Numbered from the stretch's first letter, positions 1 to 11,646 are shown. The stretch: 64,000 bases of DNA from Octopus sinensis (GCF_006345805.1 NC_043018.1:20894001-20958000); one strand, 5' to 3'. The notes: a model not told the origin generated them from the sequence alone. Program-made: numbers and translations.

Positions 1-369
1 GGACAGACAAACAGATTAAGTTGATTATATTGACCCCAGTGCATAACTGGTCCTTAATTTATCGACCCCAAAAGGATGAAAGGCAAAGTCGACCTCAGCG
101 GAATTTGAACTCAGAACGTAACGGCAGACGAAATACCTATTTCTTTACTACCCACAAGGGGCTAAACACAGGGGGGACAAACAAGGACAGACAAACGGAT
201 TAAGTCAATTATATCGACCCCAGTGCGTAACTGGTCCTTAATTTATCGACCCCGAAAGGATGAAAGGCAAAGTGGACCTCGGCGGAATTTGAACTCAGAA
301 CGCAGTGGCAGACGAAATACCGCTACGCATTTCGCCCGGCGTGCTAACGAGTCTGCCAGCTCGCCGCCT
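1..369 (-). mobile_element. tRNA-derived SINE family B with internal tandem duplication
   Basis: A-box/B-box head (GGCGGCGAGCTGGCAG...GAGTTCAAATTCC) at the 369 end; body present twice. Confidence 0.85.
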
Positions 370-510
370 TGACACACACACATATATTATCATCATCACC
401 ATTGTTTTAACATCCACTTTTCCATATTCACAGAACCCTAAATCACAAGGTTCCGAAACAAACTTCTTCACCACACATCCATGCCTGGGCCTATATATTA
501 CCCTGTTTAT

Positions 511-925
511 AGGTGGCAAACTGGCAGAAACGTTAGCACGCCGGGCGAAATGCTTAGCAGTATTTCGTCTGTCGTTACGTTCTGAGTTCAAATTCCACCG
601 AGGTCGACTTTGCCTTTCATCCTTTCGGGGTCGATAAATAAAGTACCAGTTTCGCACTGGGGTCAATGTAATCAACTTAGTCATTTTGTCTGTCCTTGTT
701 TGTCCCCTCTGTGTTTAGCCCATTGTGGGTAGTAAAGAAATAGGTATTTCGTCTACGGCTACGTTCTGAGTTTAAATTCCGGCGAGCTAGACTTTGCCTT
801 TCATCCTTTCGGGGTCGATAAATAAAGTACCAATTTCGCACTGGGGTCAATGTAATCGACTTAATCCTTTTGTCTGTCCTTGTTTGTCCCCTCTGTGTTT
901 AGCCCCTTGTGGGCAGTAAAGAAAT
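511..925 (+). mobile_element. tRNA-derived SINE family B with internal tandem duplication
   Basis: Inverted relative to 1-369; same head, body duplicated at the GAAATA|GGTATTTC junction. Confidence 0.85.
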
Positions 926-1252
926 ATATATATATATTACCCTGTGTGAAAAGGGTTTTCAGGACTGTATCATGTCCCAGTGTCTGCTTTGGCATGGTTT
1001 CTACAGCTGGATGCTCTTCTTGATGCCAACCACTTCACAGAGTGTACCGGGTGATTTTTTTTTGTGTTACCAACACGCGCATTCACACACACACACACAC
1101 ATACATGCACAAATGGGTTAGATAGGTGCTAGAGAAGGAGCAAAAAAAGCTCATGAAATATGGCATATACACTCATTACCTACAACAATGGTGTTTTTCA
1201 GTATGACCACAGCTTTAAAGCTGGAACAAGTTAAAGATTTTTAAATAAAAGT

Positions 1253-1659
1253 GCAGGTGTAGCTGTGTGGTAAGAAGCTTGCTTCCCAACCACATGGTTC
1301 GGGGTTCAGTCCCACTGCGTGGCACCTTGGGCAAGTGTCTTCTACTATAGCCTCGGGCCAACCAAAACTTTGTGAATGTATTTGGTAGACAGAAACTGAA
1401 AGAAGCCCGTCGTATATATGTGTATATATATATACATGTATGTTTGTGTATATGTTTGTGTGTCAATGTTTGTCCCCCCAACATCGCTTGACAATCGATG
1501 GTGGTGTGTTTGCATCCCCATAACTTAGCGGTTCGGCAAAAGAGACCGATAGAATAAGTACTAGGCTTACAAAGAATAAGTCCTAGGGTCGATTTCCTCG
1601 ACTAAAAAAGGTGGTGCTCCAGCATGGTCGCAGTCAAATGACTGAAACGAGTAAAAGAG
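1253..1659 (+). mobile_element. tRNA-derived SINE family A (about 400 bp, most abundant repeat here)
   Basis: Head with A/B-box-like motifs (CTGTGTGGTAAG, GGTTCAGTCCC), internal (TA/TG)n, tail GACTGAAACRAGTAAAAGAG; more than 20 full or partial copies in the window. Confidence 0.9.
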
Positions 1660-1752
1660 TATAACAACCATGCTGGTTCCTTTTACATTACATAGAATAT
1701 ATTTTATACTTTCACAAATAATTATTCTGTAATGAAACTCAAAAGCATTTAC

Positions 1753-1892
1753 CTTGCTGCTGTTTTGTTTAGCGCTAATGCCACAGCCCACAATGCATCA
1801 TATGCAAGAGGAGATTCTGGGTATCCGGTGACTTGGCTTGTGTCAGAGACATTTAGCTTGGAGTCAAGACGTTCTTTATATCTTTGCGATGT
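1753..1892 (-). CDS. GABBR1: GABBR1 coding exon 7 (absent from the ORF track); gene continues beyond the left edge
   Basis: tttcag|TSQRYKERLDSKLNVSDTSQVTGYPESPLAYDALWAVALALNKTAA+AG|gtaaat; 140 nt, phase 0-2; matches human TSQEF...EAPLAYDAIWALALALNKT. Confidence 0.96.
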
Positions 1893-2049
1893 CTGAAATG
1901 TAAAATGAGAAAGATAAAGAAATTTAAAATAATACAGTTATTCTGAAAGATTCGTTATTTTATAAGGATCAAAACGACCTTTCATAAAGGTTGTCTTGTA
2001 ATTCTTACATTGAAGCATTTTGTTTACAATCATAAATGGTTGTTGTACT

Positions 2050-2279
2050 TTAACCCTTTAGTGTTCGCATTATTCTACCAAAATTAATGCTTTTTTCATC
2101 CACATTGTCTTGAATTAATCATGCATTATCTTGTAGCTATGAAATTTTGATGAGGTAGCTGTTAATTTTTAAAATGATATTGTAGGGTTGGTCTGAGAGA
2201 CCAGATCTGGCCAGTTTGAACATAAAACAGGCAGAATACTTTTGGCCAGATTTGGCCGGTTTAAATGTTAAAGGGTTAA
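2050..2279. mobile_element. piggyBac-type MITE P1, more diverged copy
   Basis: TTAACCCTTTAG...AAAGGGTTAA; body homologous to 11061-11287. Confidence 0.8.
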
Positions 2280-2647
2280 ATGAGTCTCTGCTGAGACAAT
2301 CTTTGATTTTATTAGACAAGAATGAGTATTCTTATTACATAAAAAAAAAAAATCCATTAGTGATTTAAAAAAAAGAGCATTTTGCACCAAAAGTCAGTAC
2401 GAGAGTTTCTCTCATAATATCTACTACAGTATAGTCTATTCTAACTGACCATCCACATTAATACCTCTTGGTATTAGCACTGCCTCTGTTGCTAATATAT
2501 ATACACAATAGTCTTCTTTCAGTTTCTGACCACCAAATCCACTTACAAGGATTTTTCAACCTGAGAACTAAACAGTGGTTAAGAGCACAAGCTACTAACC
2601 CCAAGATTCTGAGTTTGATTCCAGGCATAATAATAATAATAATAATA

Positions 2648-2695
<48 letters not shown>

Positions 2696-2697
<2 letters not shown>

Positions 2698-2850
2698 TCG
2701 AAAAATACCTTAGGAATGAGAACTCAGGTTCAAAATTTTCCCCAAGACACCTGATGAAGGGTGGAGAGTATATTAGCCGAAACATTGTGTTAACAACAAA
2801 CAAGATGAGGGACAAATATCCGTCAAATGTAAATAATGTAAATAATGCTG
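2696..2850 (+). mobile_element. Short Penelope-like repeat with decayed hammerhead motif, following a (TAA)n tract
   Basis: GACAC CTGATGA A GGGTG..TAGCC GAAA CATT GTGTT at 2746-2791. Homologous copies at about 42117-42205 and 47247-47625. Confidence 0.55.
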
Positions 2851-2997
2851 AGAACTAAAGTCAAAGACACACTTGCCAAAAATGTCACACATAGGAACTG
2901 AACTCATATTCACATGGTTAGAAAGCAAACTTCTCAACCACACTGCCAAGTCTGCACATTTTTTCAATATTTTAAATAAAAGAGAACATAATTCTAC

Positions 2998-3189
2998 CAT
3001 ATTTGCCAAAGTCTTTGTAGGTTGTTGGTTCAAGATCATGGCTTCTGTTGTAAAATGGCCTTCAAGAGCTTCCTTCAGTTGATCGACCGTGCAGTTGATA
3101 GATTTGTCTTCGGCCATGTACCAGTTGTCTGGATACCAACCAATGATGAACCAAACATACTTCTTGCCATACAGTTTCTCTTTGTAAGC
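2998..3189 (-). CDS. GABBR1: GABBR1 coding exon 6
   Basis: ttacag|AYKEKLYGKKYVWFIIGWYPDNWYMAEDKSINCTVDQLKEALEGHFTTEAMILNQQPTKTLANM|gtagaa; 192 nt, phase 0-0. Confidence 0.95.
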
Positions 3190-4512
3190 CTGTAAAAAAA
3201 AAAAAAGGGCAATAAAAAGAAAAAAAATTCTATGAATTTCTCTCCTCTAAATGTGAGCAGCCATGTAGCCCCTCGACAACAACAACAGCAACAACAACCT
3301 GCTCTGCTGCACCAAACCCTTCTTTCATACAACTGCCTCCACCCAAAACTTGATGGGACATTCAAATAAACACACCAGGTTGTTCATTTACAAAATCAAA
3401 TACAATTATGTGAAAGGGCTGGAGAAGTACATACATCAACCCCCAGTGATCCACTGGTAGTTATTTTATTGACCCCAAAAGGATGGAAGGCAAAGCTGAC
3501 CATTGCAGAATTTGAACTCAGAACATATAGAGAGATGAAATACCACTAAGCCTTTTGTCCAGCGTGCTAACGTCTATGCCAGCTTGCTCCCTTCTTAATA
3601 ATAATGATAATAATAATAATAATAATATAATAATAATAATAATAATAGTAATAATAATAATAATAATAATAACAACTTTCATTACTCCTAAGCCCTCATG
3701 TCACACAGTTGTTAATGTTTATTTCAGTTGGGTCACACCCTTCCAACTGCTATAGACTTGTAATGCATCTTACGGCTGTGCTTGTCACCTGGATGGTGAG
3801 GAATCCTACATTGGAAGTGGTAACAACTAGGGTAGGGTAGTTGACTGCTTATTGTGATCATTCGTCTTTTGGTTTCCTGTAGTTTTGCTCTCTTTTACAA
3901 ACCCAGTGAACATATATTTCCTATTTCAAAAAAATTCAAACAATAGATATAAGACCCAAGTTAAAAAGATTCTCAACAATTCAACTTCTCTGGTTGACAT
4001 TAAGATGCCCACCCCCAACTCTCACATTAACTCTCACATTTTAGAGCTCCATGACCTCCATTTTTCAGGAGCAAAATCCTTTTAACAGGTTCTATAAGAC
4101 TGGAATTTTGGAATATGCGCATAAAAATCAGTAGTATGGGATACATGTGGCACGATTACAATTTTGTTTGGGAGTGTAAAGAGGGAAATAACCCTCATCT
4201 GCAATTTTGATGAAATTCAAAACATAGGTATTCCAGTTCATTGCAGAAAATATAACAGAAAAGTCTAATTCTTCAATTGTATGTAACTCGGGCAAAGACC
4301 GGGTAACTCTGCTAGTAAAAATAATAATAATAATGAGAAAAGCAATGTCATAAAAACCACCCATGTAATTTTTGCAAAACTTGTGGGTCCAAGGGGCATG
4401 CAACGTCAACTATATAGAGCACTTATTATTATTATTTTATTGTCTTTGCACAGCTTCTATTGCAAGAGATGTACTAAATTATTAGTTTAAATTATACATA
4501 ATCTTTACATAC

Positions 4513-4578
4513 TTGACAGAAGACTCTTCTGGCCATATCTTCATAAAAAACTCCAACGATGATACGAGCATCCTGCCT
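4513..4578 (-). CDS. GABBR1: GABBR1 coding exon 5 (absent from the ORF track)
   Basis: ttacag|[22 protein letters not shown]|gtatgt; 66 nt, phase 0-0; matches human [22 protein letters not shown]. Confidence 0.96.
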
Positions 4579-4707
4579 CTGTAATAGAGAAAAATGGAAT
4601 AACTAGAACTATATATACATAGATGAAGGAGTGGTTGTATATATATATATGTGTATATAGATAAATGAAAGAATGGAGTCGAACGACGATTTAACAAAAT
4701 TCCTTTA

Positions 4708-4790
4708 TTCTCGACATATGTTTCGAAGACTGCATATTCTTAATTCCGAAGGAATAAAGGGTGCATTATGCCGTCTTCTCATCAGGAAAG
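4708..4790 (-). ncRNA. Type I hammerhead ribozyme motif with intact core (repeat-borne), sense within GABBR1 intron 4
   Basis: CUUUC CUGAUGA GAAGAC..GUCUUC GAAA CAUAUG UC GAGAA: core CUGAUGA/GAAA/GUC, 6-bp stem II extended by GCAUA/UAUGC, palindromic ACAUAUGU stem III, 4-bp stem I. Confidence 0.75.
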
Positions 4791-4868
4791 ACAAGGAACT
4801 TATGTCAGCATCATGACGAACAAACACTTTTAGATGACTGCCCACACGGAGTTCATAGTGATAATGTG

Positions 4869-4899
<31 letters not shown>

Positions 4900-5639
4900 A
4901 TGCATGTATGTATGTATGTATATACTTTGGTAAATGGAAAAGAAGCACTTACTTTTAAGTGTTATCAATTACTTAAAATTAATTGAAACAAACAGAAGTA
5001 TGATAAGTAAAAGGTTGAAGTGATCTAAATCAAAGCTCCCCATCAAAATTTCACGTTAATTTATGTTTAAAACACTAGCTTCATCAAGACAAAGTTATTT
5101 TACCAAATTCTTCCTTATTTTCAAAATCAATGCTAACAAAGAAAGTACATTTCAATAGAAACCTTGTAACAAATGGATTAAAGCAAATGTCTTTTATAGA
5201 CAGACATTTATAAATAACACCTTCTTAACAGTGAAATAGAAAAGATATCTTTTTTAACCCAATATGAATAACAGAGACATAAAGAGTTAAATAACTTGTC
5301 TAAGGACAAGCGGTGATTCTGGTAACAGACATAACATTTGGATGATGCTGTGGTGTTACTACTGATGGTGACTTCACAAATGACGGCACCAGAGCTTGCC
5401 ACAATCAAAACTTTCAGCAATGGTTTAACATTCGTTGTTTTATGTTTGAAATAGTTGCTACTTTTTAGTCACATTTCATATCACACTTCATGTCTAGTCT
5501 CAACCCCTCTCGGTTGTGACCATCCTGTGAGTTTCTTCTCTGGGAAAGTTTCTCACCAAGGTACAAGTACTTAACGAGGTTATTTGTGGAAAACAGGCTG
5601 TTGCCCATAGCAGCCAGCACTATTCCACAGCAAACAATG

Positions 5640-6190
5640 TTGAGCAAGAAGTTCCCAAGCAGATTGTTCTAAGTTACACATTAACAAGGTAATCTTCAGA
5701 GTGACTTTGTATCTTCTCTTTAATCCGCCACATGACCAAGGCCTAACTACTAATACACCAAAGAAAATCTGTTTAGGAGTCTGGAGTCAGGCATACACAT
5801 TACACGTCCACTCTATTGCAGCTGCAACTTACTTAGCAGAGCATACATATTTGACATATTAGCTCTCCCAAGCATAGGAGGAAAATTAGGAATTTTACCT
5901 GGCCATCTGCTCTTGTGAATTTTGGGCTAAGTTTTTTTTGCATGCCTCTAGTAACCTGTCCAGGTTTCTCATCCATAAATTAATCTAGTAACTACAACAG
6001 CTTTGTATATATAGAGTTTCGTTTTCATAGTCAAGCCAGGTCTTACCCAAAACATTGGGATGGAAACATCCAAAGGCAGAGATAAGGCTTTTGCTATCCT
6101 TGTGTTCACTTCACCATCAATCTGAACATTCTTTGAACACTCATCCCTCATAAGGCAATATTTCCATTGCACTCTCAGACTCATGTATGA
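5640..6190 (-). mobile_element. Decayed RTE (BovB-like) LINE RT C-terminal fragment in GABBR1 intron 4
   Basis: IDGEVNTRIAKA...TKLYIYKAVVVTRLIYG-ETW, CMPDSRL, GGLKRRYKVTLK across frameshifts. Confidence 0.75.
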
Positions 6191-6286
6191 AATGTTAATT
6201 GCCTTGTGCTCCCATATTAAGCTATCAATAGTTAACTTTGATATTAAAAAAATCATCATCATTGTCGTCATCATCACCATCATTAC

Positions 6287-6388
6287 CTTTAAATTTTTAA
6301 CGGCGTTCGTTGGATCAGTCAAAAAACTTTGACGTACAGCAATGTCGATATTGGCTTCCTTGACTTTTCTCTCTAAATCGTCGATTGT
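6287..6388 (-). CDS. GABBR1: GABBR1 coding exon 4
   Basis: tttcag|TIDDLERKVKEANIDIAVRQSFLTDPTNAVKNLK|gtaatg; 102 nt, phase 0-0. Confidence 0.97.
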
Positions 6389-6684
6389 CTGAAATGACAA
6401 ATATTGACAATGTTTACAGTTTATGTGTATATATATATAAAGAATGAACAAGCGAAACATGTGGTATCACTTTAAAGCATGTAATTTATAATATAAGCAT
6501 AATTGCAGAGTAGTTAGAGTAAACAAGGGATTAAGAAATAAGGCATAAAGTCTCCTACAGCCGTTTCTACAACAGCTGTGCATAAAATGCATAGATCATT
6601 AAGCAAAGATTTCCATGTTCCATCTTCAGAGAGGAAGAATTAAGGAATATCCTTAATGAAGGATATTAATAGTTAACAGTTTCA

Positions 6685-7045
6685 TCATTCTATCAATTGA
6701 CTACAGCCATGCTGGAGCACCACCTTGAAGAGTTTTAGTCGAACAAATCCACCCCAGGACTTATTTCTTAAGCCTGGGACTTATTTTATCGGTCACTTTT
6801 ACCAAACTGCTACATTTACAGGTACCTAAATACACTGACACCAGTTGTCGAGCAGTGATGGGAGGACAAAGACAGACACAAAGACAAACACATACACACA
6901 TATACATATGATGGGCTTCTTTCAGTTTCTGTCTACCAAATCCACTGACAAAGCTTTGGTCTGCCTAAGATTATAGTAGAAAACACTTGCCCAAGGTGCC
7001 ACACAGTGGGACTGAACCTGGAACCATGTGGCTGGTAAGCAAGTT

Positions 7046-7048
<3 letters not shown>
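6685..7048 (-). mobile_element. SINE family A
   Basis: Reverse-complement match to 1253-1659; diverged. Confidence 0.85.
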
Positions 7049-7074
<26 letters not shown>

Positions 7075-7081
<7 letters not shown>

Positions 7082-7885
7082 TAGGTTTTCTGTTTGTAAT
7101 TATGTAAGTGCAGGAGTGGCTGTGTGGTAAGTGGCTTGCTTCCCAACCACATGGTTCCATGTTCAGTCCCACTGCATGGCACCTGGGTAAGTGTCTTTTA
7201 CTATAGCCTCGGGCCGACCAAAGCCTTGTGAGTGGATTTGGTAGATGGAGTCTGAAAGAAGCCCATCGTATATGTGTGTGTGTGATAGACAGATGGATAG
7301 ATAAACAGATATAGATGTATACTTCTTAGTTTCTGTCTACTAAATCCACTCACAGGATGCCATGCAGTGAGACTGAACCTGGGACCATGTTGTTGAGAAG
7401 CAAGCTTCTTATCACACAGCCATGCCTGTACCTATATATATATGTATGTATGTATATGTATATATATATATATATAATATATATATATATAATATATATA
7501 TATAAATTAGGTTTTCTGTTTGTAATTATGTAAGTGCAGGAGTGGCTGTGTGGTAAGTGGCTTGCTTCCCAACCACATGGTTCCATGTTCAGTCCCACTG
7601 CATGGCACCTTGGGTAAGTGTCTTTTACTATAGCCTCGGGCCGACCAAAGCCTTGTGAGTGGATTTGGTAGATGGAGTCTGAAAGAAGCCCATCGTATAT
7701 GTGTGTGTGTGATAGACAGATGGATAGATAAACAGATATAGATGTATACTTCTTAGTTTCTGTCTACTAAATCCACTCACAGGATGCCATGCAGTGAGAC
7801 TGAACCTGGGACCATGTTGTTGAGAAGCAAGCTTCTTATCACACAGCCATGCCTGTACCTATATATATATGTATGTATGTATATG

Positions 7886-7950
<65 letters not shown>
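7075..7950. repeat. Near-perfect tandem duplication of about 430 bp bounded by (TA)n
   Basis: 7075-7500 is repeated at 7501-7950; one indel seen outside the microsatellites. Confidence 0.9.
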
Positions 7951-7956
<6 letters not shown>

Positions 7957-8204
7957 CGAAGAGATGGTGTTGTGGATTTCCACTTCGGCATCCGAAACTC
8001 AAATTTTTATCTTGGCTATTGAATAATTGTCACATATTATTTTACAGATAAATTTCCTCTATTTGCATAATATTGAGGTCTCTTTCTTTCTTTTGTTATC
8101 TTACCGTTTTTACCAATATATATATACACATACACACAAACATACATACATACATATATATGTTCATATATATACATATCTGTATATATGTATATACATA
8201 TATG

Positions 8205-8252
<48 letters not shown>

Positions 8253-8793
8253 TACACACACACATATTATTTCATGGTTGATGTCTGAATTTTTAAAAAA
8301 AACTTTATTTTCGCGAATCTTTGTTAAATACCAAAGCCGCTCACATTTAACCTGTTTATTCAAAAAACAATCCCTTTCAGCATAAATTGTAAATCAAACA
8401 ACTCACAAAGCCTCCCTTTGTCACACAGTCCTGACTTATGAAAATACCTGAGCAAGTATTCTCAATACAAGGAAGGTCACCACACTAACCCACCCTAGTC
8501 ACTGTCCTACTGCTTAAGCAGTTACTGTTCTTATTGCTATTTATATCCCAGAAGTGATTGAAACAGGTGAAAATAACTACTTCCTCCTTCATTTAGACTT
8601 TGTTTCACACATCAGTGATCGCCAACGCAATTTCCCATAGAACCAGATTGAATGGAGACTTATTCTCATTATATAACCTGCAAACAGACACTCACTTTTC
8701 AGAAGCTCAATTCTTGTCAATAACAATCATGTCAACAGGGACACCTTCAAACTAAATGTGTGTATGTGGATTCCTGTATTATGCTGTTTGTAT

Positions 8794-9209
8794 ACTCTTT
8801 ACTCTTTACTCTTTTACTCGTTTCAGTCATTTGACTGCGGCCATGCTGGAGCACCGCCTTTAGTCGAGCAACTCGACCCCGGGACTTATTCTTTGTAAGC
8901 CCAGTACTTATTCTATCGGTCTCTTTTTGCTGAACCGCTAAGTGACAGGGATGTCAACACACCAGCATCGGTTGTCATGCAATGCTAGGGGGACAAATAC
9001 AGACACACAAATATATTCACACACATGCATATATATATATACATATATACGACGGGCTTCTTTCAGTTTCCGTCTACCAAATCCACTCACAAGGCATTGG
9101 TCGGCTCGGGGCTATAGCAGAAGACACTTGCCCAAGATGCCATGCAGTAGGACTGAACCCAGAACCATGTGGTTGGTAAGCAAGCTACTTACCACACAGC
9201 CACTCCTGC
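8794..9209 (-). mobile_element. SINE family A, full length
   Basis: Reverse-complement match with (CTTTTA)n tail. Confidence 0.9.
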
Positions 9210-10383
9210 GCCTATCTGTATCATTTTCCCCCTTCTCACTCTATCTTAAGTCGTCAGGTTGAGTAATGAGGTGAAGTGAGGAGGTTTATTATTCTCAACA
9301 ACAAACAACAGAAAATATGAATGGTATGACAACACCACCACCCCACTCCACCACACTAACTCAAGGTTATTTTTCGAGACATATTTGCTGAAAAAGAATT
9401 CATCTTATATAGTGTCAAATATGGTAACATGTTAGCAACCACACAACCTCCCAGAGGGTCGTAGTGATATGTTTGCAAGAAACACCAACCCCTTCAGTGA
9501 GTTATCTCATTATTTCTTATCTATGAGACTTTGGGAGCTGTCCCTTGCTTAGATATGTGATTGTGTGCACTAGAATATTGGTGGGTTTTTATCATCATCA
9601 TCATTTAGCGTCCGCTTTCCATGCTGGCATGGGTTGGACGGTTCAACTGGGGTCTGTGAAGCTGGAAGGCTTTGTCAGGCCCAGTCAGATCTAGCAGTGT
9701 TTCTACAGCTGGATGCCCTTCCTAACGCCAACCACTCCATGAGTGTAGTGGGTGCTTTTTACGTGCCACCCGCACAGGTGCCAGACAGGGCTGGCAAACG
9801 GCCACGAACGGATGGTGCTTTTACGTGTCACCGGCACGGGGGCCAGGCGAGGCTGGCAACGGACGTATTTTATAAATTAAAAAAGAAAAAATTTTTTTCT
9901 GATTTCCCCATTTACATCATACAGAGTTTCACTGTGTAATGAGGTGAAAACAGAAGACTGAGAAAACAGAAATTAGCTGAAACAGAAGGTACCAAATGAT
10001 ATGCCAATGGAACATCATCATCATCATCATCATCATTATCATTTAACAACTGTTTTCCATGTTGGCATGGGTTGGACAGTTTAACAAAAGCTGGCAAGAC
10101 AGAGAGCTGCATCAATTGTCAGCTTTAGCCAGGATTCTACAGCTGGATGGCCTTCCTAATGCCAACGACTTTACAGAGTGTACTTGGTGCTTTTATGTGG
10201 CACCAGCACCGGTGCCTTTTACATAGCACCAGCATGATGGCAAAAAAAAACCCACCATGATCCTCACCTCACATATGATAGAGTGGAAAAATATTATAAT
10301 ACTCATATCAAAATTAAGTTTTTTTTTCTAATGGTGGTGCTCAAAGCAGATAAAGCTATGAAGAATTGCTTGAAAATATTGGT

Positions 10384-10610
10384 TTAACCCTTTAGTATTT
10401 AAACCGGCCATATCCGGCCAAAATAGTTAATCTGTTTTATGTTCAAACTGACCAGATCCAGGCTCTCACACCTACCCTACAATGTTATTCTACATTAAGT
10501 AATTACACCATCAAGATCTTGAGGATATGAGATAATGCATGATTAATTCAAATCAATGGGAATCAATAAGCATTATATTTGATTGAATAATCTGAACACT
10601 AAAGGGTTAA
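10384..10610. mobile_element. piggyBac-type MITE family P1
   Basis: TTAA|CCCTTTAGT...ACTAAAGGG|TTAA. Confidence 0.85.
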
Positions 10611-10838
10611 AAAAATCTTTTGGCTACACATTTTCTGTAAACATGACAGATGGTCTACCATTATACCAGATTAATCGTTCTAAGTTTATTGTTACCACTT
10701 TATACAAAGTTTATTATGTTACTTACATAAGAATTTACAAACTTTGAGAGAACATGAAATTTTTTTTTAAAACTCAACTTACAATGAAAGTAAACAAACA
10801 AAATTTGCTTTAGAAGCGTTGAGATGTATTGAAAGATG

Positions 10839-11437
10839 CAGAAATAATATATTCTCAAATGCATGATAATGCTAATATAATAGCATGAACAGGAAAAACT
10901 ATCCATGTATTGCAGACTAAAATCATTACCAGCCAGCCATGAGACTCGAACTCACATCCCTGTGATTACGTGCCAAGTGCTTTACCTTTAAGCTAAACTG
11001 CCCAGTAACAAATTTATAAATCCCAAAATTGCAGAGCAATTCGTTACTTGGCAGTTTAGCTTAACCCTTTAGTGTTCAGATTATTCTATGAAACATAATG
11101 CTTATTGATTCCCATTGATTTGAATTAATCATGCATTATCTCATATCCTCAAGATCTTGATGGTGTAATTACTTAATGTAGAATAACATTGTAGGGTAGG
11201 TGTGAGAGCCTGGATCTGGTCAGTTTGAACATAAAACAGATTAACTATTTTGGCCGGATATGGCCGGTTGAAATACTAAAGGGTTAAAGGTAAAGCACTT
11301 GACATGTAATCACAGGGATGTGAGTTTGAGTCTCATGGCTGGCTTGTAACAAATTTTTTTCTGCAATATATAGATAATTTATCCTGTTCATGCTATTGTA
11401 TTAGCATTATCATGCGTTTGAGAATAAATTATTTCTG
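10839..11437. repeat. Palindromic element with tRNA-like inner ends (arms 10839-11009 and 11043-11437)
   Basis: The arms are reverse complements once the MITE at 11061-11287 is removed; 33-bp spacer. Confidence 0.85.
11061..11287. mobile_element. piggyBac-type MITE P1, inverted relative to 10384-10610
   Basis: TTAA duplication shown by the empty site in the opposite arm of the host palindrome (10988-10991). Confidence 0.9.
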
Positions 11438-11440
11438 TAC

Positions 11441-11646
11441 TCTTTTTTTACTCTTTTTTACTTGTTTCAGTCATTTGACTGCGGCCATGCTGGAGCACCG
11501 CCTTTAATCGAGCAACTCGACCTCGGGACTTATTCTTTTGTAAGCCCAGTACTTATTCTATCGGTCTCTTTTGCCGAACCGCTAAGTAACGGGGACATAA
11601 ACACACCAGCATCGGTTGTCAAGCAATGCTAGGGGGACAAACATAG

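Noticed and set aside
5969-6460. 163-aa ORF as a single gene
   Set aside because: Chance fusion of GABBR1 exon 4, intron sequence and an RTE remnant.
10930-11005. Functional tRNA-Thr gene (minus strand) and other tRNA-like heads
   Set aside because: Acceptor and anticodon stems do not pair cleanly, and the sequences are embedded in repeats; treated as tRNA-derived elements. tRNAscan-SE would settle this.
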